Part shown: positions 10,851-25,500 of the stretch, one piece after another
How the letters are laid out: every line of letters starts with the position of its first letter
Position numbering within the stretch: the stretch's first letter is position 1
Assembly (NCBI RefSeq): GCF_009914755.1
Contig: NC_060942.1
Length of the DNA: 64,000 nucleotides
Source: the human T2T-CHM13v2.0 reference genome, Homo sapiens
Reading direction: 5' to 3' (one strand)
Made by a program: the position numbers and the translations under genes
Notes under the pieces: model-generated
What the model was told of the DNA's origin: nothing
Database searches by the model: none
Seen by the model: the letters and a program-made list of their open reading frames with translations, nothing else

Positions 10851-13560
10851 TCTTTGGGATGTTTGCATTCAAGTCACAGAGTAGAACATTCCCTTTGGTA
10901 GAGCAGGTTTGAAACACTCTTTTTGTAGTATCTGGAAGTGGACATTTGGAGCGCTTTCAGGCCCATGTTGGAAAGGGAAATATCTTCCCGTAACAACTAG
11001 GCAGAAGCATTCTCAGAAACTTATTTGAGATGTGTGTACTCAACTAAGAGAATTGAACCACCGTTTTGAAGGAGCAGTTTTGAAACACTCTTTTTCTGGA
11101 ATCTGCAAGAGTATATTTGCCTAGCCTTGAGGATTTCGTTGGAAACGGGATTGTCTTCAGAGAAAATCTAGACAGAAGCATTCTCAGAAACTTCTTTGGG
11201 ATGTTTGCATTCAAGTCACAGAGTAGAACATTCCCTTTGGTAGAGCACGTTTGAAACACTCTTTTTTTAGTATATGGAAGTGGACATTTGGAGCGCTTTC
11301 AGGCCTACGTTGGAAAAGGAAATATCTTCCCATAACAACTAGACAGAAGCATTCTCAGAAACTAGTTTCTGATGTGTGTCCTCAACTAACACAGTTGAAC
11401 ATTTCTTTAGACAGAACAGTTTTGAAACACTCTTTTTGTGGAATCTGCAAGTGGCTATTTGGCTAGATTTGAGGATTTCGTTGGAAACGGGATTACATAT
11501 AAAAAGCAGTCAGCAGCATTCTCAGAAAGTTCTTTGTGATGATTGCATTCAAGTCACAGAATTGAACATTCCCTTTCACAGAGCAGGTTTGAAACACTCT
11601 TTTTGTAGTGTGTGTAAGTGGACATTTGGAGCACTTACCGGCCTAAGGTGAAAAAGGAAATATCTTCCCATAAAAACTAGACAGAAGCATTCTCAGAAAC
11701 TTACTCGTGATGTGTGTCCTCAACTAAAGGAGTAGAACCTTTCTTTTCATAGAGAAGTTTTGAAACGCTCTTTTTGTGGAATCTGCAAGTGGATATTTGG
11801 CTAGTTTTGAGGATTTCGTTGGAAGCGGGAATTCATACAAATTGCAGACTGCAGCGTTCTGAGAAACATCTTTGTGATGTTTGTATTCAGGACACAGAGT
11901 TGAACATTCCCTATCATAGAGCAGGTTTGAATCACTCCTTTTGTAGTATCTGGAAGTGGACATTTGGAGCGCTTTCAGGCCTATGTTGGAAAAGGAAATA
12001 TCTTCCCATAACAACTAGACAGAAGCATTCTCAGAAACTTATTTGAGATGTGTGTACTCAACTAAGAGAATTGAACCACCGTTTTGAAGGAGCAGTTTTG
12101 AAACACTCTTTTTCTGGAATCTGCAAGTGGATATTTGGCTAGCTTTGGGGATTTCGCTGGAAGCGGGAATACATATAAAAAGCACACAGCAGCGTTCTGA
12201 GAAACTGCTTTCTGATGTTTGCATTCAAGTCAAAAGTTGAACACTCCCTTTCATAGAGCAGTCTTGAAACACCCCTTTTGTAGTATCTGGAACTGGACTT
12301 TTGGAGCGATTTCAGGGCTAAGGTGAAAAAGGAAATATCTTCCCATAAAAACTGGACAGAAGCATTCTCAGAAACTTGGTTATGCTGTATCTACTCAACT
12401 AACAAAGTTGAACCTTTCTTTTGATAGAGCAGTTTTGAAATGGTCTTTTTGTGGAATCTGCAAGTGGATATTTGGCTAGTTTTGAGGATTTCGTTGGAAG
12501 CGGGAATTCATACAAATTGCAGACTGCAGCGTTCTGAGAAACATCTTTGTGATGTTTGTATTCAGGACACAGAGTTGAACATTCCCTATCATAGAGCAGG
12601 TTGGAATCACTCCTTTTGTAGTATCTGGAAGTGGACATTTGGAGCGCTTTCAGGCCTATGTTGGAAAAGGAAATATCTTCCCATAACAACTAGACAGAAG
12701 CATTCTCAGAAACTTATTTGAGATGTGTGTACTCAACTAAGAGAATTGAACCACCGTTTTGAAGGAGCAGTTTTGAAACTCTCTTTTTCTGGAATCTGCA
12801 AGTGGATATTTGGCTAGCTTTGGGGATTTCGCTGGAAGCGGGAATACATATAAAAAGCACACAGCAGCGTTCTGAGAAACTGCTTTCTGATGTTTGCATT
12901 CAAGTCAAAAGTTGAACACTCCCTTTCATAGAGCAGTCTTGAAACACCCGTTTTGTAGTATCTGGAACTGGACTTTTGGAGCGATTTCAGGGCTAAGGTG
13001 AAAAAGGAAATATCTTCCCATAAAAACTGGACAGAAGCATTCTCAGAAACTTGTTTATGCTGTAACTACTCAACTAACAAAGTTGAACCTTTCTTTTGAT
13101 AGAGCAGTTTTGAAATGGTCTTTTTGTGGAATCTGCAAGTGGATATTTGGCTAGTTTTGAGGATTTCGTTGGAAGCGGGAATTCATACAAATTGCAGACT
13201 GCAGCGTTCTGAGAAACATCTTTGTGATGTTTGTATTCAGGACACAGAGTTGAACATTCCCTATCATAGAGCAGGTTGGAATCACTCCTTTTGTAGTATC
13301 TGGAAGTGGACATTTGGAGCGCTTTCAGGCCTATTTTGGAAAGGGAAATATCTTCCCGTAACAACTATGCAGAAGCATTCTCAGAAACTTGTTTGTGATG
13401 TGTGCCCTCTACTGACAGAGTTGAACCTTTCTTTTCATAGAGCAGTTTTGAAACACTCTTTTTGTAGAATCTGCAAGAGGATATTTGCATAGCTTTGAGG
13501 ATTTCGTGGGAAACGGGATTGTCTTCAGGTAAAATCTAGACAGAAGCATTCTCAGAAACT
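10851..13560 (+). repeat. 16-mer HOR structural variant U6 (2710 bp), haplotype A
   Basis: Anchor spacing 11376->14086 = 2710. Shares private SNVs CACCCG (12950) and TGTAACT (13065) with U1 (2100, 2215). Confidence 0.96.
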
Positions 13561-16500
13561 TCTTTGGGATGTTTGCATTCAAGTCACAGAGTAGAACATT
13601 CCCTTTGGTAGAGCAGGTTTGAAACACTCTTTTTGTAGTATCTGGAAGTGGACATTTGGAGCGCTTTCAGGCCCATGTTGGAAAGGGAAATATCTTCCCG
13701 TAACAACTAGGCAGAAGCATTCTCAGAAACTTATTTGAGATGTGTGTACTCAACTAAGAGAATTGAACCACCGTTTTGAAGGAGCAGTTTTGAAACACTC
13801 TTTTTCTGGAATCTGCAAGAGTATATTTGCCTAGCCTTGAGGATTTCGTTGGAAACGGGATTGTCTTCAGAGAAAATCTAGACAGAAGCATTCTCAGAAA
13901 CTTCTTTGGGATGTTTGCATTCAAGTCACAGAGTAGAACATTCCCTTTGGTAGAGCAGGTTTGAAACACTCTTTTTTTAGTATATGGAAGTGGACATTTT
14001 GATCGCTTTCAGGCCTACGTTGGAAAAGGAAATATCTTCCCATAACAACTAGACAGAAGCATTCTCAGAAACTAGTTTCTGATGTGTGTCCTCAACTAAC
14101 ACAGTTGAACATTTCTTTAGACAGAACAGTTTTGAAACACTCTTTTTGTGGAATCTGCAAGTGGCTATTTGGCTAGATTTGAGGATTTCGTTGGAAACGG
14201 GATTACATATAAAAAGCAGTCAGCAGCATTCTCAGAAAGTTCTTTGTGATGATTGCATTCAAGTCACAGAATTGAACATTCCCTTTCACAGAGCAGGTTT
14301 GAAACACTCTTTTTGTAGTGTGTGTAAGTGGACATTTGGAGCACTTACCGGCCTAAGGTGAAAAAGGAAATATCTTCCCATAAAAACTAGACAGAAGCAT
14401 TCTCAGAAACTTACTCGTGATGTGTGTCCTCAACTAAAGGAGTAGAACCTTTCTTTTCATAGAGAAGTTTTGAAACGCTCTTTTTGTGGAATCTGCAAGT
14501 GGATATTTGGCTAGTTTTGAGGATTTCGTTGGAAGCGGGAATTCATACAAATTGCAGACTGCAGCGTTCTGAGAAACATCTTTGTGATGTTTGTATTCAG
14601 GACACAGAGTTGAACATTCCCTATCATAGAGCAGGTTGGAATCACTCCTTTTGTAGTATCTGGAAGTGGACATTTGGAGCGCTTTCAGGCCTATGTTGGA
14701 AAAGGAAATATCTTCCCATAACAACTAGACAGAAGCATTCTCAGAAACTTATTTGAGATGTGTGTACTCAACTAAGAGAATTGAACCACCGTTTTGAAGG
14801 AGCAGTTTTGAAACTCTCTTTTTCTGGAATCTGCAAGTGGATATTTGGCTAGCTTTGGGGATTTCGCTGGAAGCGGGAATACATATAAAAAGCACACAGC
14901 AGCGTTCTGAGAAACTGCTTTCTGATGTTTGCATTCAAGTCAAAAGTTGAACACTCCCTTTCATAGAGCAGTCTTGAAACACCCCTTTTGTAGTATCTGG
15001 AACTGGACTTTTGGAGCGATTTCAGGGCTAAGGTGAAAAAGGAAATATCTTCCCATAAAAACTGGACAGAAGCATTCTCAGAAACTTGTTTATGCTGTAT
15101 CTACTCAACTAACAAAGTTGAACCTTTCTTTTGATAGAGCAGTTTTGAAATGGTCTTTTTGTGGAATCTGCAAGTGGATATTTGGCTAGTTTTGAGGATT
15201 TCGTTGGAAGCGGGAATTCATACAAATTGCAGACTGCAGCGTTCTGAGAAACATCTTTGTGATGTTTGTATTCAGGACACAGAGTTGAACATTCCCTATC
15301 ATAGAGCAGGTTGGAATCACTCCTTTTGTAGTATCTGGAAGTGGACATTTGGAGCGCTTTCAGGCCTATTTTGGAAAGGGAAATATCTTCCCGTAACAAC
15401 TATGCAGAAGCATTCTCAGAAACTTGTTTGTGATGTGTGCCCTCTACTGACAGAGTTGAACCTTTCTTTTCATAGAGCAGTTTTGAAACACTCTTTTTGT
15501 AGAATCTGCAAGAGGATATTTGCATAGCTTTGAGGATTTCGTGGGAAACGGGATTGTCTTCAGGTAAAATCTAGACAGAAGCATTCTCAGAAACTTCTTT
15601 GGGATGTTTGCATTCAAGTCACAGAGTAGAACATTCCCTTTGGTAGAGCAGGTTTGAAACACTCTTTTTGTAGTATCTGGAAGTGGACATTTGGAGCGCT
15701 TTCAGGCCCATGTTGGAAAGGGAAATATCTTCCCGTAACAACTAGGCAGAAGCATTCTCAGAAACTTATTTGAGATGTGTGTACTCAACTAAGAGAATTG
15801 AACCACCGTTTTGAAGGAGCAGTTTTGAAACACTCTTTTTCTGGAATCTGCAAGAGTATATTTGCCTAGCCTTGAGGATTTCGTTGGAAACGGGATTGTC
15901 TTCAGAGAAAATCTAGACAGAAGCATTCTCAGAAACTTCTTTGGGATGCTTGCATTCCAGTCACAGAGTAGAACATTCCCTTTGGTAGAGCAGGTTTGAA
16001 ACACTCTTTTTGTAGTATCTGGAAGTGGACATTTGGAGCGCTTTCAGGCCTACGTTGGAAAAGGAAATATCTTCCCATAACAACTAGACAGAAGCATTCT
16101 CAGAAACTAGTTTCTGATGTGTGTCCTCAACTAACACAGTTGAACATTTCTTTAGACAGAACAGTTTTGAAACACTCTTTTTGTGGAATCTGCAAGTGGC
16201 TATTTGGCTAGATTTGAGGATTTCGTTGGAAACGGGATTACATATAAAAAGCAGTCAGCAGCATTCTCAGAAAGTTCTTTGTGATGATTGCATTCAAGTC
16301 ACAGAATTGAACATTCCCTTTCACAGAGCAGGTTTGAAACACTCTTTTTGTAGTGTGTGTAAGTGGACATTTGGAGCACTTACCGGCCTAAGGTGAAAAA
16401 GGAAATATCTTCCCATAAAAACTAGACAGAAGCATTCTCAGAAACTTACTCGTGATGTGTGTCCTCAACTAAAGGAGTAGAACCTTTCTTTTCATAGAGA

Positions 16501-19500
16501 AGTTTTGAAACGCTCTTTTTGTGGAATCTGCAAGTGGATATTTGGCTAGTTTTGAGGATTTCGTTGGAAGCGGGAATTCATACAAATTGCAGACTGCAGC
16601 GTTCTGAGAAACATCTTTGTGATGTTTGTATTCAGGACACAGAGTTGAACATTCCCTATCATAGAGCAGGTTTGAATCACTCCTTTTGTAGTATCTGGAA
16701 GTGGACATTTGGAGCGCTTTCAGGCCTATGTTGGAAAAGGAAATATCTTCCCATAACAACTAGACAGAAGCATTCTCAGAAACTTATTTGAGATGTGTGT
16801 ACTCAACTAAGAGAATTGAACCACCGTTTTGAAGGAGCAGTTTTGAAACTCTCTTTTTCTGGAATCTGCAAGTGGATATTTGGCTAGCTTTGGGGATTTC
16901 GCTGGAAGCGGGAATACATATAAAAAGCACACAGCAGCGTTCTGAGAAACTGCTTTCTGATGTTTGCATTCAAGTCAAAAGTTGAACACTCCCTTTCATA
17001 GAGCAGTCTTGAAACACCCCTTTTGTAGTATCTGGAACTGGACTTTTGGAGCGATTTCAGGGCTAAGGTGAAAAAGGAAATATCTTCCCATAAAAACTGG
17101 ACAGAAGCATTCTCAGAAACTTGTTTATGCTGTATCTACTCAACTAACAAAGTTGAACCTTTCTTTTGATAGAGCAGTTTTGAAATGGTCTTTTTGTGGA
17201 ATCTGCAAGTGGATATTTGGCTAGTTTTGAGGATTTCGTTGGAAGCGGGAATTCATACAAATTGCAGACTGCAGCGTTCTGAGAAACATCTTTGTGATGT
17301 TTGTATTCAGGACACAGAGTTGAACATTCCCTATCATAGAGCAGGTTGGAATCACTCCTTTTGTAGTATCTGGAAGTGGACATTTGGAGCGCTTTCAGGC
17401 CTATTTTGGAAAGGGAAATATCTTCCCGTAACAACTATGCAGAAGCATTCTCAGAAACTTGTTTGTGATGTGTGCCCTCTACTGACAGAGTTGAACCTTT
17501 CTTTTCATAGAGCAGTTTTGAAACACTCTTTTTGTAGAATCTGCAAGAGGATATTTGCATAGCTTTGAGGATTTCGTGGGAAACGGGATTGTCTTCAGGT
17601 AAAATCTAGACAGAAGCATACTCAGAAACTTCTTTGGGATGTTTGCATTCAAGTCACAGAGTAGAACATTCCCTTTGGTAGAGCAGGTTTGAAACACTCT
17701 TTTTGTAGTATCTGGAAGTGGACATTTGGAGCGCTTTCAGGCCCATGTTGGAAAGGGAAATATCTTCCCGTAACAACTAGGCAGAAGCATTCTCAGAAAC
17801 TTATTTGAGATGTGTGTACTCAACTAAGAGAATTGAACCACCGTTTTGAAGGAGCAGTTTTGAAACACTCTTTTTCTGGAATCTGCAAGAGTATATTTGC
17901 CTAGCCTTGAGGATTTCGTTGGAAACGGGATTGTCTTCAGAGAAAATCTAGACAGAAGCATTCTCAGAAACTTCTTTGGGATGCTTGCATTCCAGTCACA
18001 GAGTAGAACATTCCCTTTGGTAGAGCAGGTTTGAAACACTCTTTTTGTAGTATCTGGAAGTGGACATTTGGAGCGCTTTCAGGCCTACGTTGGAAAAGGA
18101 AATATCTTCCCATAACAACTAGACAGAAGCATTCTCAGAAACTAGTTTCTGATGTGTGTCCTCAACTAACACAGTTGAACATTTCTTTAGACAGAACAGT
18201 TTTGAAACACTCTTTTTGTGGAATCTGCAAGTGGCTATTTGGCTAGATTTGAGGATTTCGTTGGAAACGGGATTACATATAAAAAGCAGTCAGCAGCATT
18301 CTCAGAAAGTTCTTTGTGATGATTGCATTCAAGTCACAGAATTGAACATTCCCTTTCACAGAGCAGGTTTGAAACACTCTTTTTGTAGTGTGTGTAAGTG
18401 GACATTTGGAGCACTTACCGGCCTAAGGTGAAAAAGGAAATATCTTCCCATAAAAACTAGACAGAAGCATTCTCAGAAACTTACTCGTGATGTGTGTCCT
18501 CAACTAAAGGAGTAGAACCTTTCTTTTCATAGAGAAGTTTTGAAACGCTCTTTTTGTGGAATCTGCAAGTGGATATTTGGCTAGTTTTGAGGATTTCGTT
18601 GGAAGCGGGAATTCATACAAATTGCAGACTGCAGCGTTCTGAGAAACATCTTTGTGATGTTTGTATTCAGGACACAGAGTTGAACATTCCCTATCATAGA
18701 GCAGGTTTGAATCACTCCTTTTGTAGTATCTGGAAGTGGACATTTGGAGCGCTTTCAGGCCTATGTTGGAAAAGGAAATATCTTCCCATAACAACTAGAC
18801 AGAAGCATTCTCAGAAACTTATTTGAGATGTGTGTACTCAACTAAGAGAATTGAACCACCGTTTTGAAGGAGCAGTTTTGAAACTCTCTTTTTCTGGAAT
18901 CTGCAAGTGGATATTTGGCTAGCTTTGGGGATTTCGCTGGAAGCGGGAATACATATAAAAAGCACACAGCAGCGTTCTGAGAAACTGCTTTCTGATGTTT
19001 GCATTCAAGTCAAAAGTTGAACACTCCCTTTCATAGAGCAGTCTTGAAACACCCCTTTTGTAGTATCTGGAACTGGACTTTTGGAGCGATTTCAGGGCTA
19101 AGGTGAAAAAGGAAATATCTTCCCATAAAAACTGGACAGAAGCATTCTCAGAAACTTGTTTATGCTGTATCTACTCAACTAACAAAGTTGAACCTTTCTT
19201 TTGATAGAGCAGTTTTGAAATGGTCTTTTTGTGGAATCTGCAAGTGGATATTTGGCTAGTTTTGAGGATTTCGTTGGAAGCGGGAATTCATACAAATTGC
19301 AGACTGCAGCGTTCTGAGAAACATCTTTGTGATGTTTGTATTCAGGACACAGAGTTGAACATTCCCTATCATAGAGCAGGTTGGAATCACTCCTTTTGTA
19401 GTATCTGGAAGTGGACATTTGGAGCGCTTTCAGGCCTATTTTGGAAAGGGAAATATCTTCCCGTAACAACTATGCAGAAGCATTCTCAGAAACTTGTTTG

Positions 19501-22500
19501 TGATGTGTGCCCTCTACTGACAGAGTTGAACCTTTCTTTTCATAGAGCAGTTTTGAAACACTCTTTTTGTAGAATCTGCAAGAGGATATTTGCATAGCTT
19601 TGAGGATTTCGTGGGAAACGGGATTGTCTTCAGGTAAAATCTAGACAGAAGCATTCTCAGAAACTTCTTTGGGATGTTTGCATTCAAGTCACAGAGTAGA
19701 ACATTCCCTTTGGTAGAGCAGGTTTGAAACACTCTTTTTGTAGTATCTGGAAGTGGACATTTGGAGCGCTTTCAGGCCCATGTTGGAAAGGGAAATATCT
19801 TCCCGTAACAACTAGGCAGAAGCATTCTCAGAAACTTATTTGAGATGTGTGTACTCAACTAAGAGAATTGAACCACCGTTTTGAAGGAGCAGTTTTGAAA
19901 CACTCTTTTTCTGGAATCTGCAAGAGTATATTTGCCTAGCCTTGAGGATTTCGTTGGAAACGGGATTGTCTTCAGAGAAAATCTAGACAGAAGCATTCTC
20001 AGAAACTTCTTTGGGATGTTTGCATTCAAGTCACAGAGTAGAACATTCCCTTTGGTAGAGCAGGTTTGAAACACTCTTTTTGTAGTATCTGGAAGTGGAC
20101 ATTTGGAGCGCTTTCAGGCCTACGTTGGAAAAGGAAATATCTTCCCATAACAACTAGACAGAAGCATTCTCAGAAACTAGTTTCTGATGTGTGTCCTCAA
20201 CTAACACAGTTGAACATTTCTTTAGACAGAACAGTTTTGAAACACTCTTTTTGTGGAATCTGCAAGTGGCTATTTGGCTAGATTTGAGGATTTCGTTGGA
20301 AACGGGATTACATATAAAAAGCAGTCAGCAGCATTCTCAGAAAGTTCTTTGTGATGATTGCATTCAAGTCACAGAATTGAACATTCCCTTTCACAGAGCA
20401 GGTTTGAAACACTCTTTTTGTAGTGTGTGTAAGTGGACATTTGGAGCACTTACCGGCCTAAGGTGAAAAAGGAAATATCTTCCCATAAAAACTAGACAGA
20501 AGCATTCTCAGAAACTTACTCGTGATGTGTGTCCTCAACTAAAGGAGTAGAACCTTTCTTTTCATAGAGAAGTTTTGAAACGCTCTTTTTGTGGAATCTG
20601 CAAGTGGATATTTGGCTAGTTTTGAGGATTTCGTTGGAAGCGGGAATTCATACAAATTGCAGACTGCAGCGTTCTGAGAAACATCTTTGTGATGTTTGTA
20701 TTCAGGACACAGAGTTGAACATTCCCTATCATAGAGCAGGTTTGAATCACTCCTTTTGTAGTATCTGGAAGTGGACATTTGGAGCGCTTTCAGGCCTATG
20801 TTGGAAAAGGAAATATCTTCCCATAACAACTAGACAGAAGCATTCTCAGAAACTTATTTGAGATGTGTGTACTCAACTAAGAGAATTGAACCACCGTTTT
20901 GAAGGAGCAGTTTTGAAACTCTCTTTTTCTGGAATCTGCAAGTGGATATTTGGCTAGCTTTGGGGATTTCGCTGGAAGCGGGAATACATATAAAAAGCAC
21001 ACAGCAGCGTTCTGAGAAACTGCTTTCTGATGTTTGCATTCAAGTCAAAAGTTGAACACTCCCTTTCATAGAGCAGTCTTGAAACACCCCTTTTGTAGTA
21101 TCTGGAACTGGACTTTTGGAGCGATTTCAGGGCTAAGGTGAAAAAGGAAATATCTTCCCATAAAAACTGGACAGAAGCATTCTCAGAAACTTGTTTATGC
21201 TGTATCTACTCAACTAACAAAGTTGAACCTTTCTTTTGATAGAGCAGTTTTGAAATGGTCTTTTTGTGGAATCTGCAAGTGGATATTTGGCTAGTTTTGA
21301 GGATTTCGTTGGAAGCGGGAATTCATACAAATTGCAGACTGCAGCGTTCTGAGAAACATCTTTGTGATGTTTGTATTCAGGACACAGAGTTGAACATTCC
21401 CTATCATAGAGCAGGTTGGAATCACTCCTTTTGTAGTATCTGGAAGTGGACATTTGGAGCGCTTTCAGGCCTATTTTGGAAAGGGAAATATCTTCCCGTA
21501 ACAACTATGCAGAAGCATTCTCAGAAACTTGTTTGTGATGTGTGCCCTCTACTGACAGAGTTGAACCTTTCTTTTCATAGAGCAGTTTTGAAACACTCTT
21601 TTTGTAGAATCTGCAAGAGGATATTTGCATAGCTTTGAGGATTTCGTGGGAAACGGGATTGTCTTCAGGTAAAATCTAGACAGAAGCATTCTCAGAAACT
21701 TCTTTGGGATGTTTGCATTCAAGTCACAGAGTAGAACATTCCCTTTGGTAGAGCAGGTTTGAAACACTCTTTTTGTAGTATCTGGAAGTGGACATTTGGA
21801 GCGCTTTCAGGCCCATGTTGGAAAGGGAAATATCTTCCCGTAACAACTAGGCAGAAGCATTCTCAGAAACTTATTTGAGATGTGTGTACTCAACTAAGAG
21901 AATTGAACCACCGTTTTGAAGGAGCAGTTTTGAAACACTCTTTTTCTGGAATCTGCAAGAGTATATTTGCCTAGCCTTGAGGATTTCGTTGGAAACGGGA
22001 TTGTCTTCAGAGAAAATCTAGACAGAAGCATTCTCAGAAACTTCTTTGGGATGTTTGCATTCAAGTCACAGAGTAGAACATTCCCTTTGGTAGAGCAGGT
22101 TTGAAACACTCTTTTTTTAGTATATGGAAGTGGACATTTGGAGCGCTTTCAGGCCTACGTTGGAAAAGGAAATATCTTCCCATAACAACTAGACAGAAGC
22201 ATTCTCAGAAACTAGTTTCTGATGTGTGTCCTCAACTAACACAGTTGAACATTTCTTTAGACAGAACAGTTTTGAAACACTCTTTTTGTGGAATCTGCAA
22301 GTGGCTATTTGGCTAGATTTGAGGATTTCGTTGGAAACGGGATTACATATAAAAAGCAGTCAGCAGCATTCTCAGAAAGTTCTTTGTGATGATTGCATTC
22401 AAGTCACAGAATTGAACATTCCCTTTCACAGAGCAGGTTTGAAACACTCTTTTTGTAGTGTGTGTAAGTGGACATTTGGAGCACTTACCGGCCTAAGGTG

Positions 22501-25500
22501 AAAAAGGAAATATCTTCCCATAAAAACTAGACAGAAGCATTCTCAGAAACTTACTCGTGATGTGTGTCCTCAACTAAAGGAGTAGAACCTTTCTTTTCAT
22601 AGAGAAGTTTTGAAACGCTCTTTTTGTGGAATCTGCAAGTGGATATTTGGCTAGTTTTGAGGATTTCGTTGGAAGCGGGAATTCATACAAATTGCAGACT
22701 GCAGCGTTCTGAGAAACATCTTTGTGATGTTTGTATTCAGGACACAGAGTTGAACATTCCCTATCATAGAGCAGGTTTGAATCACTCCTTTTGTAGTATC
22801 TGGAAGTGGACATTTGGAGTGCTTTCAGGCCTATGTTGGAAAAGGAAATATCTTCCCATAACAACTAGACAGAAGCATTCTCAGAAACTTATTTGAGATG
22901 TGTGTACTCAACTAAGAGAATTGAACCACCGTTTTGAAGGAGCAGTTTTGAAACACTCTTTTTCTGGAATCTGCAAGTGGATATTTGGCTAGCTTTGGGG
23001 ATTTCGCTGGAAGCGGGAATACATATAAAAAGCACACAGCAGCGTTCTGAGAAACTGCTTTCTGATGTTTGCATTCAAGTCAAAAGTTGAACACTCCCTT
23101 TCATAGAGCAGTCTTGAAACACCCCTTTTGTAGTATCTGGAACTGGACTTTTGGAGCGATTTCAGGGCTAAGGTGAAAAAGGAAATATCTTCCCATAAAA
23201 ACTGGACAGAAGCATTCTCAGAAACTTGGTTATGCTGTATCTACTCAACTAACAAAGTTGAACCTTTCTTTTGATAGAGCAGTTTTGAAATGGTCTTTTT
23301 GTGGAATCTGCAAGTGGATATTTGGCTAGTTTTGAGGATTTCGTTGGAAGCGGGAATTCATACAAATTGCAGACTGCAGCGTTCTGAGAAACATCTTTGT
23401 GATGTTTGTATTCAGGACACAGAGTTGAACATTCCCTATCATAGAGCAGGTTGGAATCACTCCTTTTGTAGTATCTGGAAGTGGACATTTGGAGCGCTTT
23501 CAGGCCTATTTTGGAAAGGGAAATATCTTCCCGTAACAACTATGCAGAAGCATTCTCAGAAACTTGTTTGTGATGTGTGCCCTCTACTGACAGAGTTGAA
23601 CCTTTCTTTTCATAGAGCAGTTTTGAAACACTCTTTTTGTAGAATCTGCAAGAGGATATTTGCATAGCTTTGAGGATTTCGTGGGAAACGGGATTGTCTT
23701 CAGGTAAAATCTAGACAGAAGCATTCTCAGAAACTTCTTTGGGATGTTTGCATTCAAGTCACAGAGTAGAACATTCCCTTTGGTAGAGCAGGTTTGAAAC
23801 ACTCTTTTTGTAGTATCTGGAAGTGGACATTTGGAGCGCTTTCAGGCCCATGTTGGAAAGGGAAATATCTTCCCGTAACAACTAGGCAGAAGCATTCTCA
23901 GAAACTTATTTGAGATGTGTGTACTCAACTAAGAGAATTGAACCACCGTTTTGAAGGAGCAGTTTTGAAACACTCTTTTTCTGGAATCTGCAAGAGTATA
24001 TTTGCCTAGCCTTGAGGATTTCGTTGGAAACGGGATTGTCTTCAGAGAAAATCTAGACAGAAGCATTCTCAGAAACTTCTTTGGGATGTTTGCATTCAAG
24101 TCACAGAGTAGAACATTCCCTTTGGTAGAGCAGGTTTGAAACACTCTTTTTTTAGTATATGGAAGTGGACATTTGGAGCGCTTTCAGGCCTACGTTGGAA
24201 AAGGAAATATCTTCCCATAACAACTAGACAGAAGCATTCTCAGAAACTAGTTTCTGATGTGTGTCCTCAACTAACACAGTTGAACATTTCTTTAGACAGA
24301 ACAGTTTTGAAACACTCTTTTTGTGGAATCTGCAAGTGGCTATTTGGCTAGATTTGAGGATTTCGTTGGAAACGGGATTACATATAAAAAGCAGTCAGCA
24401 GCATTCTCAGAAAGTTCTTTGTGATGATTGCATTCAAGTCACAGAATTGAACATTCCCTTTCACAGAGCAGGTTTGAAACACTCTTTTTGTAGTGTGTGT
24501 AAGTGGACATTTGGAGCACTTACCGGCCTAAGGTGAAAAAGGAAATATCTTCCCATAAAAACTAGACAGAAGCATTCTCAGAAACTTACTCGTGATGTGT
24601 GTCCTCAACTAAAGGAGTAGAACCTTTCTTTTCATAGAGAAGTTTTGAAACGCTCTTTTTGTGGAATCTGCAAGTGGATATTTGGCTAGTTTTGAGGATT
24701 TCGTTGGAAGCGGGAATTCATACAAATTGCAGACTGCAGCGTTCTGAGAAACATCTTTGTGATGTTTGTATTCAGGACACAGAGTTGAACATTCCCTATC
24801 ATAGAGCAGGTTGGAATCACTCCTTTTGTAGTATCTGGAAGTGGACATTTGGAGCGCTTTCAGGCCTATGTTGGAAAAGGAAATATCTTCCCATAACAAC
24901 TAGACAGAAGCATTCTCAGAAACTTATTTGAGATGTGTGTACTCAACTAAGAGAATTGAACCACCGTTTTGAAGGAGCAGTTTTGAAACTCTCTTTTTCT
25001 GGAATCTGCAAGTGGATATTTGGCTAGCTTTGGGGATTTCGCTGGAAGCGGGAATACATATAAAAAGCACACAGCAGCGTTCTGAGAAACTGCTTTCTGA
25101 TGTTTGCATTCAAGTCAAAAGTTGAACACTCCCTTTCATAGAGCAGTCTTGAAACACCCCTTTTGTAGTATCTGGAACTGGACTTTTGGAGCGATTTCAG
25201 GGCTAAGGTGAAAAAGGAAATATCTTCCCATAAAAACTGGACAGAAGCATTCTCAGAAACTTGTTTATGCTGTATCTACTCAACTAACAAAGTTGAACCT
25301 TTCTTTTGATAGAGCAGTTTTGAAATGGTCTTTTTGTGGAATCTGCAAGTGGATATTTGGCTAGTTTTGAGGATTTCGTTGGAAGCGGGAATTCATACAA
25401 ATTGCAGACTGCAGCGTTCTGAGAAACATCTTTGTGATGTTTGTATTCAGGACACAGAGTTGAACATTCCCTATCATAGAGCAGGTTGGAATCACTCCTT

